From: a virus | Length of the DNA: 64,000 bases | Virus record (IMG/VR): IMGVR_UViG_3300027733_000032 | Direction: 5' to 3' (one strand) | Shown: positions 35,313 through 44,566 of the stretch, one piece after another | How positions within the stretch are numbered: position 1 is the stretch's first letter | Layout of the letters: each line of letters begins with the position of its first letter | The notes under the pieces: generated by a model | What the model was told of the DNA's origin: nothing | The model's database searches: none | Seen by the model: only the letters and a program-made list of their open reading frames with translations | Program-made: the position numbers and the translations under genes

Positions 35313-37106
35313 TCAGACCACTGAGGTGGTCAGATTGGACTTGATGATGTCAACTTGAATTGAGTCACCAATACTTGAAACACGCAAACCGACGCGTGCT
35401 GTCACCGTTCCGTCAACTAGTTGAGCGAGCGGATTGAGTGAATTGTCACACTTCACCGTGTAGCCATAGTCAATGCGACGACCATTGACATCGAATGCCT
35501 CATACAAGGCTCCAAGTGTCCGCAAGGGCTCCATAACTGAAACCAATTTTGCTTCGATTGTTGCAAAAACGCTGTTTCGTCCATCGATAACCGTGAACAA
35601 AACATCTTCGAGTGTTCTGTTTGCCTCAACGACTACATGGTTGACCACGTCCTGGGCATTGATGTAACGGAAGTTCGCCGTATCTAGAGACAACGAACGA
35701 GCACCATAGATGCGCACAAGGTTGTTAATAACTCTGATGGCATTGACTGCGCTTGCATCAAGTTGATTGCCAACTGTTGAGTCATATGACGCATAGACTC
35801 CATTAATAAATCTGGCATTAGAGATGATTCCCGCTCCGGGCTGGTGTGGCCCAATCTGGTTATGGGCACGACTACGTGCGCCTGCAACATATCCTGTTGG
35901 CGGAATGAAGCGATTGACGCCGTTGGTTCCAGTTGGTGCGGATACCCACGGTGCATACATTGCGATGTGTTCTGCATTCTCTGAAATCTGGATTCCTTCT
36001 GCGATGTCGCCAAGGTCCGTGGACGAGGTTGTCGTCTTGGCTGCATGAACGATAGCAATTCTGCTCTTTGCGTTACAGTGAGCAATTAGGGCAACCGTAA
36101 ATGCATCCAGAGTACCACCAGAGTACGTTGCTGGTGATTCTGGGCATGCGACAACGCCTGCGCCGTATGCATCAAGGAAGTCATCTAGGGCAGAAGCGTA
36201 TTCGTTTGCGCCTGGGGACGTCGTGCCATCGCTACCCGCAGTACCAAGCGAGCCACCAGCAGGGCCAAATGAGCGTGCTGAAAAGATATCTGGCAATACG
36301 TAAAATGCTGAAGTTCCAGCGACGCCAACGATATTGGTGACCGAGCCAGCCGTAAATGTGAGCGTCGAAGAAACTGTAATAGAAGTAGCCGAAACAATGC
36401 TGGCAACCGTCATGGCTCCTAAACCAAAGGAACCAGGGGACCCGGGGGTGGCGGTAATTACCTGTCCTACCGTCAAGTTGGCAGTACTGCTCATGGCCGT
36501 AATTGTTGCGGTGTATGGTCCAGAACCAGTAACCGAACCAACCGTGCCTGTCGTACTAACTATCAAACTGGATGATGCTAATTCCGCATCAGTGGCAGTG
36601 ATGAGTTGAGAAACCACCGGATGAGTATTGATTTTTCCACAAATTTGTGCATTTGTAGTACAAGAACCCGTTGACATTAAGAGAGTGGTGCCATCATAGA
36701 TGCTTACAACTCTAGAATTCGTAACGTTTCCAGCGGTCACGGCGACTCTCAGGGCATTTGCCGAAGCGCCAGGACCCTGAGCGGTCAAAGTAATTGATGT
36801 AACGGGCGATGCGGCGGCGTTCTTGAGCAATGATGTTGCTGTCGCAGTGCTGGTGGTGTTTGGAACACGGGAAATATAGCAGCGTGTGCCACCTTCTTCA
36901 AAGAAAGATTCCACTGTTGAATGCAGGAAGGAGCCGCTCGTGTATCCGCCATACTTTAATTCAAAGTCTTCGAGGCTAGTAACTAAAAGCGCCTCATCAA
37001 CGGGTCCACGTAGTGCCTGCCCCACAAAGAATGCTTGAGATGTTTCACGAATTGTAGTATTTGCAGGACCAGTACGTACTGCGGTTGAAATTTGGATACC
37101 GGGCAT
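35313..37106 (-). CDS. Tail sheath protein
   Basis: MPGIQI...AFFVGQALRGP...YGGY...FFEEGGTRCYISRV; C-terminal PPTGYVAG...VNAIR...IYGARSL...RYINAQD. Confidence 0.9.
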   Translation of the reverse strand: MPGIQISTAVRTGPANTTIRETSQAFFVGQALRGPVDEALLVTSLEDFELKYGGYTSGSFLHSTVESFFEEGGTRCYISRVPNTTSTATATSLLKNAAASPVTSITLTAQGPGASANALRVAVTAGNVTNSRVVSIYDGTTLLMSTGSCTTNAQICGKINTHPVVSQLITATDAELASSSLIVSTTGTVGSVTGSGPYTATITAMSSTANLTVGQVITATPGSPGSFGLGAMTVASIVSATSITVSSTLTFTAGSVTNIVGVAGTSAFYVLPDIFSARSFGPAGGSLGTAGSDGTTSPGANEYASALDDFLDAYGAGVVACPESPATYSGGTLDAFTVALIAHCNAKSRIAIVHAAKTTTSSTDLGDIAEGIQISENAEHIAMYAPWVSAPTGTNGVNRFIPPTGYVAGARSRAHNQIGPHQPGAGIISNARFINGVYASYDSTVGNQLDASAVNAIRVINNLVRIYGARSLSLDTANFRYINAQDVVNHVVVEANRTLEDVLFTVIDGRNSVFATIEAKLVSVMEPLRTLGALYEAFDVNGRRIDYGYTVKCDNSLNPLAQLVDGTVTARVGLRVSSIGDSIQVDIIKSNLTTSVV

Positions 37107-37204
37107 GGCACCTTCCTAACTCATCATGGCATTAAACTATCTATGCCTACTTGTTCAAATTGTTATCGCAAGATTTGTTACTCTCAATAGAGAATAGCAA
37201 AATA

Positions 37205-37642
37205 TCATGCTGTTTCTTGCACCTCGGTGCCTTTATTTTCATCAGGAATATCAGTAATGTCAGTTTCCTGGAGCGCCAATGGTTCTGTTTCATCGGTATT
37301 TTTTGGCTCTTCTTCACTTGCTGTTTCCAATAATTCCGATACGTCAGCATTATCATCTGACTTAATCGTCTTTTTCAGTTTCTTGAGGTTGTTATTAACT
37401 GGCTTTTCTTCGGGCACTACTTCAACTTTTTCGCCTCTGAGAACAGCAATGAGACCTTGTAATTCTTGCTTTTCCAAAGATGCATCCAACTCAGCCACGG
37501 CAACAACAGTTTCTGCTCTGACGTAATGTAGGTTGTTTGTCAAATAAATCCAGTCGTTGGAGATGTTGGTAATGACGCAATATCCAGCATTGAGGTAATT
37601 CTGCTCCTCGCCTTTACTGATTTCAATAAACTTATGCAACAT
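37205..37642 (-). CDS. Hypothetical protein with acidic disordered tail
   Basis: ORF track; SD GGAGG upstream. Confidence 0.6.
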   Translation of the reverse strand: MLHKFIEISKGEEQNYLNAGYCVITNISNDWIYLTNNLHYVRAETVVAVAELDASLEKQELQGLIAVLRGEKVEVVPEEKPVNNNLKKLKKTIKSDDNADVSELLETASEEEPKNTDETEPLALQETDITDIPDENKGTEVQETA

Positions 37643-37681
37643 ATGGTCCTCCAGGGGTTTACACGTATTTTACACGATTAT

Positions 37682-38530
37682 TTAATTCAGGGAAGTAAAG
37701 GCAACTGCAACACCACTTGAAACATAGGAACCCAGGGAACCAACGATTCCTCCAACGGTAAAAGTTGTCGCAGTTCTTGCGGTTATTGTTTCTGCCGAAA
37801 TACCAAAAGTTGCTGGATTAATGCCAGTTACCGTAACTCTTTGCCCAACAGAGAAATTATTGACAGCAGTATAGGTGACGTTAGTTCCGCTCTTGGTTGC
37901 ATTGGTCACTATCGCCGAACGTGATTCAGATAGTCCAAATGATTCTACTGTCAGGTCAATATTGCTAACTATGCCGATTGGTTCACGCATGACTACTTCA
38001 TCTATTGATAGGTCGTAGCCAATATAGGCACCAGCCATGACTCGGTCACCCTTGAGGAGCGTCAAGTCGGAATATTCTTCGGTGATACTAGACTCGTCAA
38101 TCATGACCTTGAAGGTCTGGCGTGGGTCCGTAGCCTTAAGGCATGGGTAGTCGAGAATTGCCGAGCGAACGACCGTCGTGAGCCTGTCTCGCATGAGCGT
38201 TACCTCTTCTGGGCCATAATTGCTGTCGGTCCTGTCAGAACGAACCCAGACGTACGTACGCATATTGTAATTGACCCGATAGAGAGGGTTATTTCTGTCG
38301 AACCCTATTCTTTCCAGTCCAGACATTGACATTGCAACAGTGATGATTGTTGGCCACTCGTCTAGCGCAATAGGCTCATAGGTTGTGTACTTGACTGGAC
38401 TCGGCAATGCAATGTCATCAAGATTCCAGCCATTCCTATAACTAACAAGGCGCGTAGGAAGGTTGACAGCCAAGTACGAACTCACATAGGACTTAGCAAA
38501 ATGCGAGCCATGCATTAAGTCAATTGTCAT
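37682..38530 (-). CDS. Tail terminator/completion-like protein with C-terminal FCCH-like module
   Basis: Position between neck and sheath genes; C-terminal IVTNATKSGTNVTYTAVNNFSVGQRVTVTG module. Confidence 0.6.
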   Translation of the reverse strand: MTIDLMHGSHFAKSYVSSYLAVNLPTRLVSYRNGWNLDDIALPSPVKYTTYEPIALDEWPTIITVAMSMSGLERIGFDRNNPLYRVNYNMRTYVWVRSDRTDSNYGPEEVTLMRDRLTTVVRSAILDYPCLKATDPRQTFKVMIDESSITEEYSDLTLLKGDRVMAGAYIGYDLSIDEVVMREPIGIVSNIDLTVESFGLSESRSAIVTNATKSGTNVTYTAVNNFSVGQRVTVTGINPATFGISAETITARTATTFTVGGIVGSLGSYVSSGVAVAFTSLN

Positions 38531-38535
38531 TTTTG

Positions 38536-38991
38536 TTACTCGCTCTCATGAATATAGTCGACTGCCCATTTGCCCCATTTATCATTCGCTCCCTTGGGCT
38601 CGAATACAATTTGGCGTCTAGGCATTTTCGATGTTCCCATTTGGTGAAACTTGGCGTACGGTACATCGGTGCCAAATACAGCATAATGTTTACGAATAAT
38701 ATTCGGCTTGCCTTTAAGACTACGCAGGCTTCTAAATAGGGTTTTGCCTGAACGCATCATTATTGGATTTGGGTCATTTTTTATTTTCCACGCCGAATAT
38801 TCTGGGTCCAGGGCGTCCCATTTTGCCCCAGATTCTAAGCCGCCAACCATGAAGTTGTTTGCCCAAATTTGTTCCAGGTCTTCACGAATTTTCTTAAATA
38901 CAGGGCCATAATCGCCTGTTCGCTTTTTGGCTTCCTTGATGAAATCTTCTATTTCGCCGTTCTCATATGACATTTTTATTTGAAATTGCAT
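38536..38991 (-). CDS. Neck/virion morphogenesis protein
   Basis: WDALDPEY...K...IMMRSG.L..SL...AVFGTDVPYAKFHQMGTSKMPRR motif. Confidence 0.75.
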   Translation of the reverse strand: MQFQIKMSYENGEIEDFIKEAKKRTGDYGPVFKKIREDLEQIWANNFMVGGLESGAKWDALDPEYSAWKIKNDPNPIMMRSGKTLFRSLRSLKGKPNIIRKHYAVFGTDVPYAKFHQMGTSKMPRRQIVFEPKGANDKWGKWAVDYIHESE

Positions 38992-38998
38992 AACACCA

Positions 38999-39859
38999 CT
39001 ACGAGACCCTCACGCGCTTGTATCGCTTTATCGAAGCCAGTTCTCGGTCAGAAAAACCAGTCTCTAATGGAGCAACGTTACGTGACTCCAAATCTTTAAT
39101 ACCGACTACATCGTCGTGCATGTTTTGCATTTCACGAGTCGCAGCACGCAAAATTAGAAGTTTGAAAATTGCTATTTCGGTTCCATCTAACCCAGCATCG
39201 TAGGTAATTTCAAAAATGTCATTAGCAAATCCACGGAAAATATCAATACCGTAGCGACGAACGACATAGTCGTGTCCGGTTGCTGCTGCCGTGCCGCCAG
39301 AAGTATAAGCACCAAAAGTGCCAGCAACTCCGCCGACCGTAAAGGTGTTCGTCGTTACTGCTGTTATCTCTTTGTTCTGGAGATTGTAGACAGTTGGAAC
39401 AATCCCTGTCGTAAGGACGGTTTGTCCCTTTGTGAACTTATGTCCATTGGCGGTAAAGGTAACATTTGTTCCACTCTTTACTGCGCCGGTCACCGTTGCC
39501 ACCCTGTCTATACCTTCTCCGAAGAATGTTCCAGCCGTAGACGTATTCTTAATTTGAACGCTATGTACTTTAGTTACTGGCGAGTTGCGTAAATAGATTG
39601 TTGGTGACGGCTGAGAGTACGTCAATGGATTCATTGTGGTGCTGGTGGAAGTATTGTAGAAAAATGAGTCAGTGGGCATGCCGACGTGGTTGATAGGCAG
39701 GGTGACTTCCTCTACAAACGTGCTTACCTCAATCGGCCTACGCAAATAAGCCTCTATTTCGCTCTGAAGGCCTGCTAGTACCATTTCTGCTGCATCTTGC
39801 TGACGCAGGGAGAATCTGATGTCCATATAGGAAGTGAGGTCGCTAATAGTAACTAACAT
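38999..39859 (-). CDS. Head-tail adaptor protein with inserted FCCH-like module
   Basis: MLVTISDL...EAYLRR...YLRNSPVTKV...EITYDAG...LILRAATRE. Confidence 0.7.
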   Translation of the reverse strand: MLVTISDLTSYMDIRFSLRQQDAAEMVLAGLQSEIEAYLRRPIEVSTFVEEVTLPINHVGMPTDSFFYNTSTSTTMNPLTYSQPSPTIYLRNSPVTKVHSVQIKNTSTAGTFFGEGIDRVATVTGAVKSGTNVTFTANGHKFTKGQTVLTTGIVPTVYNLQNKEITAVTTNTFTVGGVAGTFGAYTSGGTAAATGHDYVVRRYGIDIFRGFANDIFEITYDAGLDGTEIAIFKLLILRAATREMQNMHDDVVGIKDLESRNVAPLETGFSDRELASIKRYKRVRVS

Positions 39860-39892
39860 AAATCACTCCTATTTTGATGTATTAAAATATTT

Positions 39893-40036
39893 TTATCGTG
39901 TGCGCTTAACTACGCCCACAGGACCTTTTCCTCTACCGAATAGGTTCGCCGCTTTGGCAAATCCACCAGATACTGTTTGGCGGAGTTTTCCAACAGCGCG
40001 ATTAACAGCACTTCTAATTTTTCCTTGTGGGTCCAT
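39893..40036 (-). CDS. Small, highly basic 47-aa peptide
   Basis: Manual translation MDPQGKIRSAVNRAVGKLRQTVSGGFAKAANLFGRGKGPVGVVKRTR; SD AAGGAG upstream. Confidence 0.65.
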   Translation of the reverse strand: MDPQGKIRSAVNRAVGKLRQTVSGGFAKAANLFGRGKGPVGVVKRTR

Positions 40037-40103
40037 TTTGGGCTCCTTTAAAATTTACTCATGTAATAGAAAGTCTACCATGACATGGCCTTGCTAATAA
40101 TGA

Positions 40104-40664
40104 TTATCTATCAGCATTGGGCGGGCGTTCTATGGAGATTCTACCCTCTTCTACCGTCCCAGAAGGGGCCTCCACGGGAACCCATGCTCGTGAATAAGTA
40201 TGATTTTTTATATCCCTATGAATGATGAGTGTTCCGTCAAGCATGAGTTCAAGTTCGTGAAATTTCATACAGAACTTTGAAACAAAACCAGTTTCGTCAA
40301 GTTTTTTGGTCTTACCTAAAGTCCGAACCACGCGAGATAGTTTTTTTGCAACAATTGAACCACGCCCACGATTAACCTGAACGTGGATAATCATTGCGTC
40401 CAATTCGGAACATTCTATGTACGTCACAGGGATTCCTTCAGTGAACATCGCAGCCAAGTGAGGATTTCCTTTAATGAGGCGCACTCTTTGTGTACCATCA
40501 ATGATTTTATTAGTTTCCTTATGAACAATAATTGGAGACAATAAACCCGTTGTTCCTATCGAATCAGCAAGAACGAGCAAGTCTGGTCTGAGAATGTACG
40601 TTGACGTCCAGTCGAATTCTAATAAGTCATTGATATTCACAATGTCAATTTTCATATCATTCAT
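40104..40664 (-). CDS. ParB/sulfiredoxin-like nuclease-domain protein (IbrB-like)
   Basis: LADSIGTTGLLSPIIV...IIDGTQRV...NRGRG; partner of the PAPS-reductase-like gene. Confidence 0.8.
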   Translation of the reverse strand: MNDMKIDIVNINDLLEFDWTSTYILRPDLLVLADSIGTTGLLSPIIVHKETNKIIDGTQRVRLIKGNPHLAAMFTEGIPVTYIECSELDAMIIHVQVNRGRGSIVAKKLSRVVRTLGKTKKLDETGFVSKFCMKFHELELMLDGTLIIHRDIKNHTYSRAWVPVEAPSGTVEEGRISIERPPNADR

Positions 40665-42759
40665 CTTCTTCTTGTTGTAGAGCGGCCAGTCGTACTGAGT
40701 GAGCCTTGGTTTTTGGTCCGACAGGAGAAACCGACGAGACTGTTAGTGAGTTGAGTAGCAAATTGCGAACCAGCCAGTTCATGGGATATGAATAGGGGTC
40801 GGATGCATGCTTTTTCCTAAATTCTGCAGCGTACGACATCGCTCGCCTCTTAAAATCTTCGCCCCAGATATAGGTTTCAATAAATTCCCTAATCTCTGGC
40901 CACCCACCATCTGCGGTTTCTCGGATTAGTTTTTCAATATCAAAATCTGGATACCAGCGTCGCTGTGCGTCGATTTCCGGCCAACACTGCCAGAGCCCAT
41001 CGTAGAATTCTGGTTCCGTCGCAACAACATCACCAATCCGACGAATTGCCACAGCGTGCAATGGAATGCCGACTCGCTTGTTTGAATTGGTCAATGTGGC
41101 GAGGTCGTAATATTCGCAATATTCTGCGCCATGTTCTTCTGAAAGAAACTTGAAAACATCATCAACTTGCCAGTCGTAAATAATCTTTGCAAACTTCATC
41201 GGCAAACCCTTTTTAGACTTGTAGGGGGTAACGATGTAACTTTCATGCAATTTCTGAACAACCGAGCGATATCTGACCATCGACTCGGCAGCACGTACTC
41301 CAGTAATGAAGGCTATGTTGCCAGTCTTTCCCTGAGTCGTGTAATAATCAATATGCTCTGGCAGGGGGCTACGATGGTCTAAGCCGAAGTGGTAAGCCGT
41401 AATTGCCCATTCTGGCATTGGGCGATACAGATTGCATAATTGCATTCGATGCTCGTGCCACAATAATTCGACCATTCGCCTACCAAGAGACCAAACCTCT
41501 GTCCCCGTAGGCAAACAATTCCCCGTGAGAATATGGTCAGCCAGAACAAACGAATGCGTTTTATCTACAACAGCGCAGTAAACTTCATCGCTTCCATCAT
41601 CTTCAACGGAAACAACCTTCCATAAACGCTTACGTCGATTAGTAGATTTAGCAGAAGACAGCCACCTATCTTTGTGATGAGGGATAATGAAAAATTCTGA
41701 AGTTAAATCTTCGCGAGCAATAGTCATTTGCCAAGACTCAGACTCGGCGTTCCCATAAGTGCCGACCACGGCTTTATTTATGCCATGAGTGAAAATTCCT
41801 AGATTCGTACATACTGTCCGGAAAAACTCTAAGTTTTTCTTTTTGGATGATGCGATTGTTACTTTTCCTTCTTTGGATACACACCCATCAGCGGCAAAAT
41901 ATCCAGAAAGCCACCCATAAAGATAGGATGGGGACTCATCGAGTGATGGATAGTCTTTAAAAAAGAAAGGAAGACCAATAGCGCGTGGCTGCTGAATTTC
42001 ATCCTTGCGCGCTCCTGCGCTCGTAGATGTTATGTGACCATCAAAATATTGTTTCATGACAGTATCTTTGTCACCATGAAAAGTTACTTGGCATCCATTC
42101 GAAGACTTATTGCCGTCACCAAATACAAATCCATGAGCAATGCCGAAAGGACTAGGTAATTTGACGTGTCTAAATTTCCAAGCACCAACCAAGCAGTCAC
42201 CTGGCCTTAGGTCTTGAGTTAATCGTTCAATTTTTTCTTCTTTTTGTTTCCCAAGTTCCGTCCATCTATTCCGCACGAACCAGCGGTGGTCGGGCGTCGC
42301 TCTGATTGTCTTGGTGACGCCATTGCGCATTAATGTGACCTTCTGAACATTACGATGACCAAAGTGGCGAATTGGGGCAGTAACCCACACACCCTTATTG
42401 GTCATTAGTTCGTGTTCTTCACCTGCTAGGTCCCTAATCGGAAATGTTCCGCGTCGTGTAATAACTTCAGTATCACCATCGACGCAATACCACTCCATAT
42501 CTACCCAGTCGTAATCCCTTACTTTCATGACATAGTCAAGTAGTACAGGGCTGACCATTTCTTCGTCACGGAAAATTACTTTGACTGGACCAAGTCCGCG
42601 TTCTTCGTGGATTTCTTTGGCTAAATAAAGAACGGCGCTAGAATCTTTACCGCCAGAAAATTGAACACAGACAGTATCGAAGGTGTCGTAAACGTGGCGG
42701 ATACGCTGCCGTGCAGCCTCTACGCACGAAATATCCAGAAACATGCGTTGCCGAGTCAT
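40657..42759 (-). CDS. PAPS-reductase-like PP-loop protein (IbrA/DndC-like) containing an intein
   Basis: VQFSGGKDS PP-loop, FRDEE, ITGVRAAES..RY, PIYDW-like KIIYDWQ. Confidence 0.85.
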   Translation of the reverse strand: MTRQRMFLDISCVEAARQRIRHVYDTFDTVCVQFSGGKDSSAVLYLAKEIHEERGLGPVKVIFRDEEMVSPVLLDYVMKVRDYDWVDMEWYCVDGDTEVITRRGTFPIRDLAGEEHELMTNKGVWVTAPIRHFGHRNVQKVTLMRNGVTKTIRATPDHRWFVRNRWTELGKQKEEKIERLTQDLRPGDCLVGAWKFRHVKLPSPFGIAHGFVFGDGNKSSNGCQVTFHGDKDTVMKQYFDGHITSTSAGARKDEIQQPRAIGLPFFFKDYPSLDESPSYLYGWLSGYFAADGCVSKEGKVTIASSKKKNLEFFRTVCTNLGIFTHGINKAVVGTYGNAESESWQMTIAREDLTSEFFIIPHHKDRWLSSAKSTNRRKRLWKVVSVEDDGSDEVYCAVVDKTHSFVLADHILTGNCLPTGTEVWSLGRRMVELLWHEHRMQLCNLYRPMPEWAITAYHFGLDHRSPLPEHIDYYTTQGKTGNIAFITGVRAAESMVRYRSVVQKLHESYIVTPYKSKKGLPMKFAKIIYDWQVDDVFKFLSEEHGAEYCEYYDLATLTNSNKRVGIPLHAVAIRRIGDVVATEPEFYDGLWQCWPEIDAQRRWYPDFDIEKLIRETADGGWPEIREFIETYIWGEDFKRRAMSYAAEFRKKHASDPYSYPMNWLVRNLLLNSLTVSSVSPVGPKTKAHSVRLAALQQEEDE
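41518..42486 (-). mobile_element. Intein (323 aa) with LAGLIDADG homing endonuclease
   Basis: Begins CVDGDTEVIT (block A); LAGLIDADG-like AHGFVFGDG and YGWLSGYFAADG; ends VYCAVV...HSFVLADHILTGN followed by Cys+1. Confidence 0.9.
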
Positions 42760-42768
42760 GATTTAATC

Positions 42769-43176
42769 CTATTGCCCCTGTTGCTCTTCATTTAAGTCGA
42801 CAATAGCAGTAATGTGACGCATGGACCATCCATCGTTGAGAAATTCACTGCTTAGGGTCTTGACGAGACCCGATTTATTAATCATCAGATAGCCATGTTT
42901 GCCAGTTTTCTCACATGTCATTGAACATATTTTTTCGTGTTTACGAACAACGGCATTCATGCTTTCCACGTTGTGTGGGTTGGAGGGGTTGTAGTAATAA
43001 CGCAAACCACCAAATTTTTCTTTTATTTGAAAAATGGTATATCCGGGGTCAAGTAACGAAAGTTCCTTATCGCACATAGATATGATTCTCCACCAACCCT
43101 CATCACATGAAATATGAGTCCCATATTCTGGGTTAATGCGCAACAATACTGGTTGCAGATAATCTGGATAATCCAT
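42769..43176 (-). CDS. Conserved-type phage hypothetical protein
   Basis: CDEGWW...FQIKEKFGGLRYY...TCEKTG motif. Confidence 0.65.
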   Translation of the reverse strand: MDYPDYLQPVLLRINPEYGTHISCDEGWWRIISMCDKELSLLDPGYTIFQIKEKFGGLRYYYNPSNPHNVESMNAVVRKHEKICSMTCEKTGKHGYLMINKSGLVKTLSSEFLNDGWSMRHITAIVDLNEEQQGQ

Positions 43177-43177
43177 A

Positions 43178-43393
43178 TTAATCCTTTTTACGAAGGTCCA
43201 ACTTGAAGGTTAGCACTCCATCTTCAAGTGTTGCTTCGCAGTCGCCTATCATCGCAAAATCCTGAAAATCCACCTTTGCCTGATTGACAAAAAGGGCACG
43301 TTCCGGTCCAGCCACTGGTGGTAATGGGCGTTTTTTCACAGCCTCTGCTCGCTCGCGAAAACGGGCTAAAATTTCATTTGGGTCCAGCATCAT
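43178..43393 (-). CDS. Small hypothetical protein, possibly host-derived
   Basis: MMLDPNEILARFRERAEAVKKRPLPPVAG...; start moved to 43393. Confidence 0.6.
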   Translation of the reverse strand: MMLDPNEILARFRERAEAVKKRPLPPVAGPERALFVNQAKVDFQDFAMIGDCEATLEDGVLTFKLDLRKKD

Positions 43394-43592
43394 ATTCTTC
43401 TTTTGTAGCACGTAGTACAAGCGTTTCTTTATCGCGTGAAATTGGGTCTCCTGCAGGCCACTCCTCTTCCATGGGTATTTCCAATGTATACCAGGTGCGA
43501 TTTTCCATTTCCGTAATTTTGTATTTACGTCTTCTTTCTACCGTTGATTTAAGACGAATCTTGTCAATATCTTCATTATGAGACATTATCAA
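43374..43592 (-). CDS. Hypothetical protein
   Basis: ORF track; overlaps neighbours in operon. Confidence 0.45.
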   Translation of the reverse strand: MIMSHNEDIDKIRLKSTVERRRKYKITEMENRTWYTLEIPMEEEWPAGDPISRDKETLVLRATKEEYDAGPK

Positions 43593-43863
43593 TCATTTCA
43601 TATAGGGCCTCAAATGCCATCTGATTGGATGAGCAAAAAACGCTATCTGATAATTTTATAATGTAATCACCCAAGTGTGCCTTCATCTCCATATCGACTC
43701 CCTTGAGTAAGATAATCAAATCTGGCCTACTTTCATCACCATTGCGTGGGACGACAGTTAGTAAACCACCGCACCAGTCGGCCACCTCACGTTGATTTAA
43801 TGGCATAAAACGCATAGCCTCAACATCGAGGCCGATTCGACGGTACCTTTGGACAGTTAGCAT
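43576..43863 (-). CDS. Hypothetical protein
   Basis: YRR...VEAMRF...EVADWCGG...AHLGDYIIK...FE..YE pattern common in phages. Confidence 0.6.
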   Translation of the reverse strand: MLTVQRYRRIGLDVEAMRFMPLNQREVADWCGGLLTVVPRNGDESRPDLIILLKGVDMEMKAHLGDYIIKLSDSVFCSSNQMAFEALYEMIDNVS

Positions 43864-43864
43864 A

Positions 43865-44026
43865 TTAGGCGTTGTTCTTCTTTAGAATTTCCAAAACTTC
43901 CGCCAGAAGAACTTTGATTTCCTTCAATGTTTCGTGTGATTCACGAGCAGGCCCCCCAGCAAGGTAGGCATTGCGTTGTGCTTCCATGCGTGCATTTTCC
44001 TTAATTGCTGATGCATTGCGTTCCAT
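43865..44026 (-). CDS. Small hypothetical protein (53 aa, MERNASAIKENARMEAQ...)
   Basis: Manual translation; fills the gap between neighbours exactly. Confidence 0.55.
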   Translation of the reverse strand: MERNASAIKENARMEAQRNAYLAGGPARESHETLKEIKVLLAEVLEILKKNNA

Positions 44027-44028
44027 GA

Positions 44029-44283
44029 CTATTCCTCCACTGTTGTTTTTTTATGACTGGCTGGCTTCCTGAACTCCATCATTAACTCTTCAAGAATTTT
44101 CTGACTGACATGCTCAGGAGTATTGCCCTTAATGGCAGACATTAGTTTTTCACTAAACAATATTTCTTTTTTGAGTTGTTCGGTAAGGAAATAAACGTCA
44201 TTTCTCAATGCAAAAACATCGTTAGAAAGGGCCTCGTACTCTCTACGTAAACCACTGAGGACGTATTCGGCATCACTGCTCAT
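44029..44283 (-). CDS. Hypothetical coiled-coil protein
   Basis: ORF track. Confidence 0.5.
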   Translation of the reverse strand: MSSDAEYVLSGLRREYEALSNDVFALRNDVYFLTEQLKKEILFSEKLMSAIKGNTPEHVSQKILEELMMEFRKPASHKKTTVEE

Positions 44284-44557
44284 TTAGAACTCCTACATCG
44301 TTAAAATTTGTTGAGACATGGCCATTGACTCCCACATCGTAGACTGTTTCAATCCAGACCTGAGCACCACAAGATAATGGAGTGCTCGGCTGATAAACAA
44401 CACGAGCAACAACATTTCCGAGACCATCACAAATCTCAACTTCATCACAATACGCCGCTTTAGCACTACGCGTTTTTCTTACGCTTAGCGGCGGCTGTTC
44501 TGCTTGATGTTTTTTATTTGAACGAATCGTATTGCTATTTACGTGAACTATTGCCAT
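44273..44557 (-). CDS. Conserved-type phage hypothetical protein
   Basis: IVHVNSNTIRSN.K....PP...EVEI...VVYQP..PLSCGAQVWIET. Confidence 0.6.
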   Translation of the reverse strand: MAIVHVNSNTIRSNKKHQAEQPPLSVRKTRSAKAAYCDEVEICDGLGNVVARVVYQPSTPLSCGAQVWIETVYDVGVNGHVSTNFNDVGVLNEQ

Positions 44558-44566
44558 TTTGTGAGA

